The position numbers were made by a program, and so were the translations under genes. Below the pieces are notes generated by a model. That model saw nothing but the letters and a program-made list of their open reading frames with translations, did no database searches and was not told the DNA's origin. 64,000 nt of DNA, taken from the sequence record SRR31156797_2108. One strand, written 5' to 3'. Shown one piece after another: positions 28,849 through 38,259 of the stretch (position 1 is the first letter of the stretch; each line of letters opens with the position of its first letter).

Positions 28849-29241
28849 TTATGAAATTACTTCTTGGAGTTCAAGATCGAAAACAAGAACTGAGTCACCA
28901 GGAATTGATCCATAGTCGGTATTGCCATATCCAAGATGTGCAGGAATAATTAATATCCCTTCTCCGCCTTCTTTAAAATGTTGAATTCCTTCTTTCCAAC
29001 CTTCAATAACAACAGATAAGTTAATTTCAAGACTCTCACTTTTATCGAAAATGGTGCCATTGGTTAAATAACCAATATAGCCAATTGTAATATTCGAATC
29101 ACGTGTTGGTTGAGTACCTTTGCCTTGATTTGTAATGCTATAGTACAATCCTGAATCACTTCTCGTGGCATCAATATTATTCTTTTTAATATAGGCTTTG
29201 ATCTCCTCCTCGTTCTGGAATTGGGATTTTTGCTTTTTCAT
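28849..29241 (-). CDS. FKBP-type peptidyl-prolyl cis-trans isomerase
   Basis: SGLYY, GYLTNGTIFD, VIEGWKEG, IPAHLGYG and IPGDSVLVFDLEL motifs. Confidence 0.95.
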   Translation of the reverse strand: MKKQKSQFQNEEEIKAYIKKNNIDATRSDSGLYYSITNQGKGTQPTRDSNITIGYIGYLTNGTIFDKSESLEINLSVVIEGWKEGIQHFKEGGEGILIIPAHLGYGNTDYGSIPGDSVLVFDLELQEVIS

Positions 29242-29410
29242 TTCTCGATCTGTTTTGTGATAGCAAAAGTTACTTTAATACTACCAATCTTAAAAATATT
29301 TTGAACCTAACTTACGATTTGTCGGTTTTTGAATTTTGATAATATCTACCAATGGCTAATAAATGTTAGGCTTTTTACTAAATTAGCATTCAAAAGTAAA
29401 TAATAGAAAT

Positions 29411-29596
29411 ATGCATCCCATTTTTTGTTTTATAGGTAGTACTATTCGCTACATTATTCAATTGATTTATTCTTTGCTTACTGGTAGCGAAAGACCAAAG
29501 TTTAGCATGGTATGTCAAAATAAATCGAATGCATGGTTGGGATTTTTATTGATAATTCCGCTCTTACTATTGTATTTACTAGTTTATAGATGGTAA
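29411..29596 (+). CDS. Possible small membrane protein
   Basis: 61-aa ATG ORF filling an intergenic gap, with an A-rich leader and a hydrophobic C-terminus. Confidence 0.45.
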   Translation: MHPIFCFIGSTIRYIIQLIYSLLTGSERPKFSMVCQNKSNAWLGFLLIIPLLLLYLLVYRW

Positions 29597-29616
29597 AAGC
29601 TATTGGAGCAAAAATA

Positions 29617-30474
29617 TCAGATGACTTGAATGGATACTCCCGAGTTTTCAAACTGCTTTCTAATATTTTCCATATCGGATTGACTAGGTTCCGTGAGATG
29701 AGAATACTGATTCCGAATACCATGTTTTCTTAATTTAATAAGTACTTTGTGAACATTAGCAGACACAGAATTCATCAATTGTGTAATTCCTTCAATTTCA
29801 TTTGCATTGTCGTTATAATCCGGAACCAGAACGAGTCTTAGTTCCTTAAGCTTATTTTGTTTATTTAAGTACCGTATTGAATTTAGGATCTTTTTATTGG
29901 AATATCCTGTTATTTGTTTGTGTACTTCGGGAGAATATGCTTTAATATCTAGCATAAATCCATCTACCAAATGGAGTAGAGGAGTCCATTTTTCTTGATC
30001 AACATTACCGTTAGAATCCACTAGAATTGATAGTTTTTGAAGAATAGGATGTTCCTTTATGCTTGTAAACAATTCCTTCAGAAATGGAGCTTGAAGCATG
30101 ACTTCTCCTCCAGATACTGTAATACCCGAAATAAAATCTTTCACTTCAAAAATTTCTGATAAGATATCCTCAATCGACATGCTTTTGTAAAAAGGACTGC
30201 TGTTTTCCGGACAAACTTCAAGGCATTTATCACAATGATTGCAGCTTATTTCATTGTGAAGAATGAGTTTGTTTTTTGTGTCGATCTTTAAGCTTTGAGT
30301 AGGGCAGGCTTTTACACAAATCCCACACAAATTACACAAACCAATGGTATGTGAATTGTGGCAGTACATACAATTTAAATTGCATGCCTGAAAAAAGATG
30401 ACCATTCGATTTCCGGGACCATCAATCACACTTGATTTGATAATATCACTAATATTTGCTCGCAATCTGCTCAT
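29617..30474 (-). CDS. yjjW: YjjW-family glycyl-radical enzyme activase (radical SAM)
   Basis: SVIDGPGNR, CNLNCMYCHN, two ferredoxin Cys clusters and GITVSGGE. Adjacent to yjjI. Confidence 0.9.
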   Translation of the reverse strand: MSRLRANISDIIKSSVIDGPGNRMVIFFQACNLNCMYCHNSHTIGLCNLCGICVKACPTQSLKIDTKNKLILHNEISCNHCDKCLEVCPENSSPFYKSMSIEDILSEIFEVKDFISGITVSGGEVMLQAPFLKELFTSIKEHPILQKLSILVDSNGNVDQEKWTPLLHLVDGFMLDIKAYSPEVHKQITGYSNKKILNSIRYLNKQNKLKELRLVLVPDYNDNANEIEGITQLMNSVSANVHKVLIKLRKHGIRNQYSHLTEPSQSDMENIRKQFENSGVSIQVI

Positions 30475-31990
30475 TTGAAACAACTCTTTTCGATACTCTA
30501 TCGTCTACATTAGCATTATCCATCGAATTGGCTGCAAAAAGCGCACTGCCATATCTCGAACCATCTTGTCTAAAATCCTGTAAGTCACTTCTTCTTACCA
30601 AATAACCAGTAATTCGTACAAACTCACTATCCGACAAATTAAAAGTAAACATTCTCATTCCTTTCGAAAATGCTCCCTTAATTATATCCAACGCTGCTGC
30701 AGGATTCCTTTTGATTGTTTCATCGAAATGGAAAATATCACTGATACCACCACTAAATAAATGATGATGTGGAGCTACGGTATTTATGTGTGAGTAAATA
30801 TCTGGCTCTTCTCCGATAGGAATACGCGCTCCGGCTGTTTCTTCAATATCAATATCGATACCCGATTGAGAATGGAAAAAAGCTCTTCCATTGTTGCCCT
30901 CGCAATAAGGAAGTTCTCTGGAATCAACCAATCGTCTCATTTCCTCAAGAATAAGATGTCCCAATTGATTTGCCTCTTCATCCTTTCCATATATACAGTT
31001 CTTGCCACTATTCTTCATCAATTGATTGACACATTCAGCAAGACCATAAAATCCGAACATAGCAGAGAACTTGTCAAGTGAAATGATTCCTTCCTTAGCC
31101 AGAAAATCGGTTTCGTAATACTTAACCGTTTCCACCAAATACTTACTTCTGGATTCAGTAATATCCAATGTCATTTCACAATACTTTTTTAATGTTCCTT
31201 TTAGGAAAGCATCAGTATCACCATTGTGAGTATCGCTTATTTTTTTAAGATTTAAACGAATAAGCGTATGCGATCCACCACCTTCCGGCAATGAATTATA
31301 GCAACTAACAACGCCATAATTCCCTTTAAAATCTTTTGCCGTCATATTGTGATTGGCAATATGTGGTTTAGCCACTTCAAATACTGTTTTTACAGCTTCC
31401 GTCAGAAAGGAATCTGATGTTTTTTCTTTATCGTATTTTAGTGTAAGGTTTGGAACAACTTGTTTGAGCTCCTTTTCTATTCGTAATATCACACGTGCAA
31501 TTACATTGTCTTCAGGTCCGATATTTGCATGTACAAATGCATCAGGCAAAGTTCTATCGATAAATCGCCAAAAGAGTTTCATCTTTTTATAAATTTCTTC
31601 TTCTGATAAATTTCCTACATAATCAAGCAGTAATTGGTCCACATTACCTAAATATACTGAATAGCCGGTAATAGAAGGAACCTGCACATACAGTATGGAC
31701 AGAAAATTAATTGCTTCGTCAAAATTAGTAGGAGGCTCCATCTCGAGATAACTAACTCCTGTTTTTAAAGCATGTTCGTAATCAGGAAGAATATATCTCG
31801 GGCGATAGGGAGCATTGCCTTCAAACAGATCACAAATTATTTTTTCCTGTAATGCATGTTTTGCTTCATCAGAAATTTCAGGATAAACCTGAGTACTCTC
31901 TGCAATATAGGCTAAATGATGTTTTTTCTGTCTGTAATCTAAATTACCATCGGTGATTACTCCTAATACTCTATCCTTAATATCTTCCAT
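30449..31990 (-). CDS. yjjI: YjjI-family glycyl-radical enzyme
   Basis: ICDLFEGNAPYRPRYILPDY, VPSITG, HANIGP, VSCYNSLPEGGGSHTL, HSQSGI, GARIPIGEEP and VRITGY. Confidence 0.93.
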   Translation of the reverse strand: MEDIKDRVLGVITDGNLDYRQKKHHLAYIAESTQVYPEISDEAKHALQEKIICDLFEGNAPYRPRYILPDYEHALKTGVSYLEMEPPTNFDEAINFLSILYVQVPSITGYSVYLGNVDQLLLDYVGNLSEEEIYKKMKLFWRFIDRTLPDAFVHANIGPEDNVIARVILRIEKELKQVVPNLTLKYDKEKTSDSFLTEAVKTVFEVAKPHIANHNMTAKDFKGNYGVVSCYNSLPEGGGSHTLIRLNLKKISDTHNGDTDAFLKGTLKKYCEMTLDITESRSKYLVETVKYYETDFLAKEGIISLDKFSAMFGFYGLAECVNQLMKNSGKNCIYGKDEEANQLGHLILEEMRRLVDSRELPYCEGNNGRAFFHSQSGIDIDIEETAGARIPIGEEPDIYSHINTVAPHHHLFSGGISDIFHFDETIKRNPAAALDIIKGAFSKGMRMFTFNLSDSEFVRITGYLVRRSDLQDFRQDGSRYGSALFAANSMDNANVDDRVSKRVVSNEQIASKY

Positions 31991-32153
31991 TGTTCATATA
32001 TTCTAACCTCGTAAAATTCGAAGCATTTCTGATTGCCAAAAATAAACAAAAGAAAGCAGTGTAAGAGTAGGTTTTATGAAAAAACTATGATTAAATAAAG
32101 GGAGCTGGATTTTTAATGATCGATAATGACAAGTGAATTAATTAAAAAATGAA

Positions 32154-32178
32154 AACCCCATTTCAAGGAAATGGGGTT
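32154..32178 (-). terminator. Intrinsic terminator of the PAP2 gene
   Basis: AACCCCATTTC...GAAATGGGGTT hairpin, with a T-rich tail on the minus strand. Confidence 0.65.
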
Positions 32179-32186
32179 GTATCAAT

Positions 32187-32891
32187 TTATATTTTTAGAA
32201 GAATTTTTGAACCAAGAAAAATGCAAGCGAACAATGTTGCCGAAATGGTAAAAATGACACTTAAATCTTTGGTAAGGTACTGTTGGGAAGTATACCAAAC
32301 AGGCGGGGTTAAGAAATTTGTGTTCGAAAAAGATAGATTTTGTGTTTTAATATAAAGCTTAAATACACTCCATCCAATAACAGAACCAACGATTGCACCA
32401 CCAATAATATCATAAGGGTAATGCACGCCAAGGTATATTCTTGAATAAGATACCAATATTGCCCATGTAAATATGAAATAGCTGTAGCTTTTTGTTTTAA
32501 ATAATTTGCCTGTAAATATCGCTAATCCAAATACATTTGCAGCGTGAGATGAGACAAAACCATATTTACCACCACGGTAACCACCAACGATATCCACTAA
32601 ACCGCCAATTACGGGATCATGAGTTGGTCTAAATCGTTTAATGCCATGCTTAAATACTTCTGTGGAAATCTGATCACAAAGCAAGATAACCAAGCCAATA
32701 AATAGTAAGGTAAGAATCCCTGTTTTCCAATTTTTCTTTACGATTACGTAAGCAATGGATACATATACAGGAATCCAAATTGTTTTGCTACTGATAAGCC
32801 AAAATACGTAATCCCAAAAATCGGATGTAAATCCATTTAGAAAAATGAGAAGGTCTTTATCCCACTCAATTAAAGTTTTTATTAATTCCAT
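32187..32891 (-). CDS. PAP2-family membrane phosphatase
   Basis: K.....RFRP, FVSSHA and SRIYLGVHYPYD motifs. Confidence 0.93.
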   Translation of the reverse strand: MELIKTLIEWDKDLLIFLNGFTSDFWDYVFWLISSKTIWIPVYVSIAYVIVKKNWKTGILTLLFIGLVILLCDQISTEVFKHGIKRFRPTHDPVIGGLVDIVGGYRGGKYGFVSSHAANVFGLAIFTGKLFKTKSYSYFIFTWAILVSYSRIYLGVHYPYDIIGGAIVGSVIGWSVFKLYIKTQNLSFSNTNFLTPPVWYTSQQYLTKDLSVIFTISATLFACIFLGSKILLKI

Positions 32892-33042
32892 GTCGATAAT
32901 GTGATATTAAGTTCATGGGCGAAATAAAGACTCAATTCTATCAAAAATCTAACATTTGGTAGTTATGCTTTACGATTAACAAAATTTAACTAAATACGAA
33001 TGATAAGTGATGCTAAGTTGAAATTAGCAGTGTATGAACATT

Positions 33043-34242
33043 TTAGACCCTGTGATAATTTGATTGTTGAATTGAATCTTCAGAATAACTAAAATCATCA
33101 GATGTCACAATTTCAAATTCACCTCTTAATTTTCTCACATTAAATGGCATGTATTGAAAAGCAACACATTTTTTTGATTTTCGTGTTTTAACAACTGCAC
33201 AAGTTTCATCTGATTCACAAAGATCGTAATACAACTGATGAATTTTCGGTTTTAATTTTTGGCTGGACTGACCATTTTCCTGTACCCTGATCAAACGTAA
33301 ATTTTCTCCCCACGATAAACCATGAAAGTGGAAATGCGCTTTGTCCGAAGTTTTCAGTGTAAATTCCTTAAGAAGATTTTCATCAACATCAAGAGGTGCT
33401 AAGCCCTCTTCTTGTATGTAATATCCAATCATTTTAAACATGTAATGGAGAGAAACTTTGGCAATTTCATCTTCAAGGTAACTTCCTCCTATATCTGAGT
33501 GTACACCAGGAAACCAAACTTCGTGCGTAACATCTTTTTTATGATTCATGAGGGAAGGAGTAAAGGGATTTCTGGTTTCGTCAATTGCGACAAGGTGAAC
33601 GGCTCTTTTAATATTTGGAGCGATATGGTTATCTGTAAATAAATCCTTTTTAGAAATGCCTATGAATCGTTTGAAATTATTGTATAGCCCAAAAGCGCTA
33701 ACAGTATCCCACACCCCTAAAAAATCAATCTTTACGGCTTGTAATTTTTCACTTTTTTCTATACTGTAATCTGCAATGTGCTGTTCTGCAACTTTCGTTT
33801 TTTTATTTTCTCGTGCAAATAAGGTAATGTTAACCGATTTAGGTATTCCTTCTTTCGAAATTTTACTAGCTAGTAATCGGGCAGCCGCTGATCCTCTGCT
33901 AAAACCAAAAATGAAAATTTCATCTCCTTTTTGCCAATCCTTTACAAATCGGATATAGGCATGTTCAACAATTTTTTGAACACCATTACCACTTGAACCT
34001 TTCCAAAGGTTTCCCAACCATCCATTGTCATTATCATTTCCAACACCTCTGTGGTATCTTACAATTTGATTCTCTTCATTGTTGATAAGAATTTTTCGTA
34101 GCCTGACTATGTTAGTCACTAGTCCATCAAGATTCAATCCGGTTTCATCATTCCAGGTGCCATCCAAAAGGATGATATGTTTTCGTTTTTTAGCAGGAGC
34201 ATCAAAATCTTTTACATATGTATCCGTCATTTTTATTTTCAT
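33043..34242 (-). CDS. DUF2235 alpha/beta hydrolase (Tle1-like phospholipase catalytic domain)
   Basis: LDGTWN, TNI, YHRGVG, FGFSRGS, GVWDTV, HLVAIDETR and VWFPGVHSDIGG. Confidence 0.92.
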   Translation of the reverse strand: MKIKMTDTYVKDFDAPAKKRKHIILLDGTWNDETGLNLDGLVTNIVRLRKILINNEENQIVRYHRGVGNDNDNGWLGNLWKGSSGNGVQKIVEHAYIRFVKDWQKGDEIFIFGFSRGSAAARLLASKISKEGIPKSVNITLFARENKKTKVAEQHIADYSIEKSEKLQAVKIDFLGVWDTVSAFGLYNNFKRFIGISKKDLFTDNHIAPNIKRAVHLVAIDETRNPFTPSLMNHKKDVTHEVWFPGVHSDIGGSYLEDEIAKVSLHYMFKMIGYYIQEEGLAPLDVDENLLKEFTLKTSDKAHFHFHGLSWGENLRLIRVQENGQSSQKLKPKIHQLYYDLCESDETCAVVKTRKSKKCVAFQYMPFNVRKLRGEFEIVTSDDFSYSEDSIQQSNYHRV

Positions 34243-34265
34243 AGATTGTAGTAATTTAGCTTTGG

Positions 34266-35921
34266 TTAATTCTCAAAATCAAGTGATAATCTGTTGTAAT
34301 TGAAATCGCTATCTGAAAGATTTTTAATGATTTCAACTCCGAGTTGAATCCAACCAAATGGACCTTTTGTAATCTTGATAGCTATGGAAATAACAGTTCC
34401 TAAAAATTCGGAAACTTCTTCAAGAGCCTCTGATATTTGCTGATTCTTTTGTAGGTGTTCTTCTATTAATTTTTCATCGGCATGAACAAGGGTAGTAACA
34501 TTATCAAAGTTAAAATCATAATCGGTAATTAATAGCCTATTACCATTTACTGTTTTAACAATACGTTTCGAGAAGAAGAAGGACAAACCTGTTTTTGCCA
34601 TGTGAAATACTTTTTTGAGTTCACGTAGTAAGATTTTAATACCATTTTTGAACCATTTAAATAGGTTTCGAATTGATTCAATTACCCATTTAATGCCATC
34701 CTTTATGATCTCTCCAATTCGTTTAAAAAAACGTCCAATCGATCTAAGCAATCTTTTTCCGCCTCGGGTTTTAGATTTTCGGTGGGAGGGTGTTTTAAAA
34801 TCATCTTTAATATGTTTGTCAATTTCATTTAGCACCTTTTGCTTATCTTCATCCTTATCTAATTTGCTTACAATGCTGCTAAACTCCTCCGATATGGTTT
34901 TCATTTTCCGTTCTTCTTCCATGTCGTTTAGTACCGGAAGTAATGCTTTAAAAAGATAAGTTGCATTCAATACCCACTGATCCTTATCCAATCGCAGAAT
35001 TAAATCACTTAATTTGTATCCTTCTTCGCCACCATAAGTTTCATGTATGTATGAGATAAGAGAATGAAGACCTGTGATACTAAGCGGACCAAGATCATTA
35101 TCCAGCTTGCCTTGATAATTGCCTAAAAGCCACAATCTAATTTGTACCAAGCGAGTCATTAATTGATGCAATTTATCATCCTGAAATGCGTTAAATTTCT
35201 TTTTATTATTGCTAACCTGTTGCAAGGTTTCCTGGCTATCAGTGGGAATGAATTGCAATTTGGAATTAAATCTTTTTTTATCGCTTCTAACTTTAACCCC
35301 TTGATGTTTTAATTCTTTATAAGAGTTTTTAAAGTAGAGTAGGTGTTGATAATTGGAATTGGAATATTCGTCTTGTTTGGCAATTGCTAATGAAAGATCC
35401 TCCATATTTCCCAAAAGCCTAATTATTTCTCCATGATCCGTAGTATTACACCAATTACCAACCTGATTTAAGTGATCAGCAACATTTTCAGAAAGCTGAT
35501 TCGAGATACTTTCATTAAAAACAGAGAGAATACCAAGTCGCCAATTCAAAATTCTTGAGAGTATGGGGTTCTGATTTATTTCTTCTAAAGAGAACAGATG
35601 AAGTTCAAACTCTCCTTCAAGAGATGATATTTCGTGAAGAAACTCTAATTCTTCTTCCGAAAGCAACTGCATTTGATCATTACTAAAGGAAACTATTCCA
35701 GACGAAAACGCCTGTTTGTATGCTTCATATTCACTTCTGAATATAGCAATGCCAACATCCAATTCATCTATTGAAGCAGTTTGCTTATCGCCATTTCGAT
35801 TAAGTTCTATATAGCCTAAGTTATCTAATACTTCTTCACATTCAAGTTTATGAATATGAGTAAATTTTTCCTCAGTTTCCTGATTCAAAAACTCACTTTT
35901 GAACATCTCTTGTATCGACAT
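34266..35921 (-). CDS. Hypothetical protein with peptidoglycan-binding-like motif and amphipathic C-terminal helices
   Basis: LVQIRLWLLGNYQGKLDNDLGPLS resembles PG_binding_1. Basic amphipathic stretch LLRSIGRFFKRIGEIIKDGIKWVIESIRNLFKWF. Confidence 0.7.
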   Translation of the reverse strand: MSIQEMFKSEFLNQETEEKFTHIHKLECEEVLDNLGYIELNRNGDKQTASIDELDVGIAIFRSEYEAYKQAFSSGIVSFSNDQMQLLSEEELEFLHEISSLEGEFELHLFSLEEINQNPILSRILNWRLGILSVFNESISNQLSENVADHLNQVGNWCNTTDHGEIIRLLGNMEDLSLAIAKQDEYSNSNYQHLLYFKNSYKELKHQGVKVRSDKKRFNSKLQFIPTDSQETLQQVSNNKKKFNAFQDDKLHQLMTRLVQIRLWLLGNYQGKLDNDLGPLSITGLHSLISYIHETYGGEEGYKLSDLILRLDKDQWVLNATYLFKALLPVLNDMEEERKMKTISEEFSSIVSKLDKDEDKQKVLNEIDKHIKDDFKTPSHRKSKTRGGKRLLRSIGRFFKRIGEIIKDGIKWVIESIRNLFKWFKNGIKILLRELKKVFHMAKTGLSFFFSKRIVKTVNGNRLLITDYDFNFDNVTTLVHADEKLIEEHLQKNQQISEALEEVSEFLGTVISIAIKITKGPFGWIQLGVEIIKNLSDSDFNYNRLSLDFEN

Positions 35922-35922
35922 A

Positions 35923-36108
35923 CTATTTATTCTTTCTCATGAATTTTAGAAATTTTACAAATTGCGTATGAATTTGCAAAGTATACTTTCCATACCCGCA
36001 ACTTGCGGAAACTTCATCTTCATCTCCCTCTGCAAATGGACTTAGCTTGTGAGCATTTCCCTCTTTCAGTTTATTCCAAATATCAGAAACCTGAAATGAA
36101 TTATTCAT
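35923..36108 (-). CDS. Small hypothetical protein
   Basis: ATG at 36108. Its stop is 1 bp from the next ATG (TAGTATG), which suggests translational coupling. Confidence 0.55.
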   Translation of the reverse strand: MNNSFQVSDIWNKLKEGNAHKLSPFAEGDEDEVSASCGYGKYTLQIHTQFVKFLKFMRKNK

Positions 36109-36169
36109 GTCAATTTTAAGGGTATAGAAAATATATTTGATTTTTTGTTTCACGAATTTGATTGGTATA

Positions 36170-36502
36170 TCATTTAATAATGTTTTTTATAGTATTTAAA
36201 ACTGTGTCGAATAAAGCCTTACGGGTTTCAAGAGCGGAATCAACAAATATGCTGTGCTCTTCTACTAAAGTCGCCATCTCTTCTTTATTGTTGATGAAAT
36301 TAACAGCATCACCATCTAGTTCAAAACGCGTATAGGCAACCAAATCCGACTGATTTAATTTTGCTCTGATAGCTGTAAAGATGTCATCATTAGATGTTTT
36401 GCTAAGATCGAATTTATCATCATTTGCATTAGTTAGGGTTGCAACCTCCAATGAAGATACATCAGAAATTGCCTTTTCAATCTTTGTTAAATTGATACTC
36501 AT
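36170..36502 (-). CDS. Small hypothetical protein, paralogue of 36527..36784
   Basis: SSLEVA...AYTRFELDGDAVNF...LVEEH...R motif shared with its neighbour. Confidence 0.8.
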   Translation of the reverse strand: MSINLTKIEKAISDVSSLEVATLTNANDDKFDLSKTSNDDIFTAIRAKLNQSDLVAYTRFELDGDAVNFINNKEEMATLVEEHSIFVDSALETRKALFDTVLNTIKNIIK

Positions 36503-36526
36503 AATAGTTTGATTTAAGTGTTAATA

Positions 36527-36784
36527 TTAAAGGAGCGATCTGCGAATAAAATTCCAGACCGATTTTCTATTTCGATTTGAGGAGATAAGTAATTCATTGT
36601 GTAATTTGGCAAGGTGCTGAGTATCTGGAGACAAAAAATGAATGGAATCTCCTTCCAACTCAACCTTCCCGTAGGAAAGAAATTTAGCGGTTTGGCTATT
36701 TACATTTTCTTTTTCAAGAATAGCTACTTCGTTACTGCTCATATCTTGCATGAGATCTTGAACCGCTTTTTTAAAATCTGACAT
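36527..36784 (-). CDS. Small hypothetical protein, paralogue of 36170..36502
   Basis: SSNEVA...SYGKVELEGDSIHF...LAKLH...R. Confidence 0.75.
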   Translation of the reverse strand: MSDFKKAVQDLMQDMSSNEVAILEKENVNSQTAKFLSYGKVELEGDSIHFLSPDTQHLAKLHNELLISSNRNRKSVWNFIRRSLL

Positions 36785-37217
36785 TGCAGGTAGTAATAAG
36801 TAAATTTAATAGTCGTTTATCTTTAATGTAGAAGCATAAAAGTTCTTCTGCACTTATTCAATTTTAATCTTATTAGTATATTCCATCACTGATAAATTAT
36901 CCATAATATTCAGCTGGTAAGATTAAGTTCATTAAATATAATAGGTATTTATTGAAATGTCAATAATATTAATAATGTTACTGCTGATTCTAATTTATGA
37001 GAAGTTATGAACACATACATTTCCTTTAGTATACAAGAGTTTTTTAATTAAGTAAATATTTTTAAAATCTACTTATTCCATTTAAAATTTGAGATAAATC
37101 AATTTTATTTGGTTTTTTTAAAACTAAAATACAGTTTTTTTGATGAGTACAGACGATACAGAATTCTCAGATTATAGTTACCTTTATCCTTTGCTAAACC
37201 AATCTCTTATTCTGTTT

Positions 37218-38108
37218 ATGAACTCTGCTAACTTCGATTGGCTAAATAAAAAGTATCCTCAAAATTACATTATTAGAAAGCCATTAATTGGAACTTTTAT
37301 AGTAGTAATCTTTTGTTACTTGTTTACGATTCTATACAGACCACAGCATGCTCATAGTTCTGATCCGTTTAGCTTTGAAGCAACTTTAGCAATTTATAGC
37401 TTGATTTTAACGCTACCTCTTTATTTCACAATTAGAATGTTAAAGTTGTTTCCCGCTTTTAATGAAATAAAGAATTGGACTCTTCTAAGAGATATTAAAT
37501 TTGGTGTGATTCTTTTCTTGTTATTAGGTGTTTGGAATTTTTTCGCTGGTTATATTATGGAATCTTCTGAAGGACGTTGGAACATATACACTTTTCTTGA
37601 TTCTGTAAAAACTCCCTTTATAATGGGTATGCTTCCCTATTTTTTCTTTACCATTCAGAATAGGAGACATATACTCGATTTAAATTCTCAAAAAGATGTT
37701 GTAGATTCCGAGAGGAAAGAATCTAAGAATGAACTGATTTATATCAACTCCAAATTAAAAAAAGGACACATTAGCTTCGATCCAGAATCATTTCTGTATG
37801 CAGAATCAAATGCGAACTATGTAATATTTTATTTTTTAAAGAAGAATAGGATAGAAAAGGAAATGGTTCGAAACTCAATTGGAGATGTTGAAAAACAATT
37901 AAGTGATATTCCTTATTTAACACGAATCCACAGAGCATTTATTGTGAATGTGAAAAAGGTAAAGAATAAGAAAGGGAATAGTTCGGGTTACCGCTTAGAA
38001 ATTGCAGGAACAGATATTGATTTACCAGTTTCAAGATTGAATGTTGCCAATTACGATTTGTTGGAACAGGATTTTAAAAAATCTCAACAGTTTACTCATC
38101 CCAGATAA
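37218..38108 (+). CDS. Membrane-anchored LytTR-family transcriptional regulator
   Basis: Four TM segments, then LYAESNANYV, RIHRAFIVN and LPVSR. Probable ATG at 37218. Confidence 0.9.
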   Translation: MNSANFDWLNKKYPQNYIIRKPLIGTFIVVIFCYLFTILYRPQHAHSSDPFSFEATLAIYSLILTLPLYFTIRMLKLFPAFNEIKNWTLLRDIKFGVILFLLLGVWNFFAGYIMESSEGRWNIYTFLDSVKTPFIMGMLPYFFFTIQNRRHILDLNSQKDVVDSERKESKNELIYINSKLKKGHISFDPESFLYAESNANYVIFYFLKKNRIEKEMVRNSIGDVEKQLSDIPYLTRIHRAFIVNVKKVKNKKGNSSGYRLEIAGTDIDLPVSRLNVANYDLLEQDFKKSQQFTHPR

Positions 38109-38123
38109 TAACCTCTCATCCCA
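38095..38123 (+). promoter_or_regulatory. Candidate LytTR operator (direct repeat)
   Basis: CTCATCCCA at 38095 and 38115, upstream of the outer-membrane protein gene. LytTR domains bind spaced direct repeats. Confidence 0.5.
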
Positions 38124-38259
38124 ATTTTTGAACTAAGTCTATATGGAATTTGTCATATATCACAAATTCATGATGTCTGTACCATATTTTTGCCTCTTGA
38201 GCCTATATTTCCTGACTTTGCAATGAATATCAATTGTAAAATTTAACTCCACGGGAAAC

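Noticed and set aside
33043-36784. Type VI secretion cluster
   Set aside because: No Hcp, VgrG, PAAR or sheath genes are recognisable. Only the DUF2235 domain is shared with T6SS effectors.
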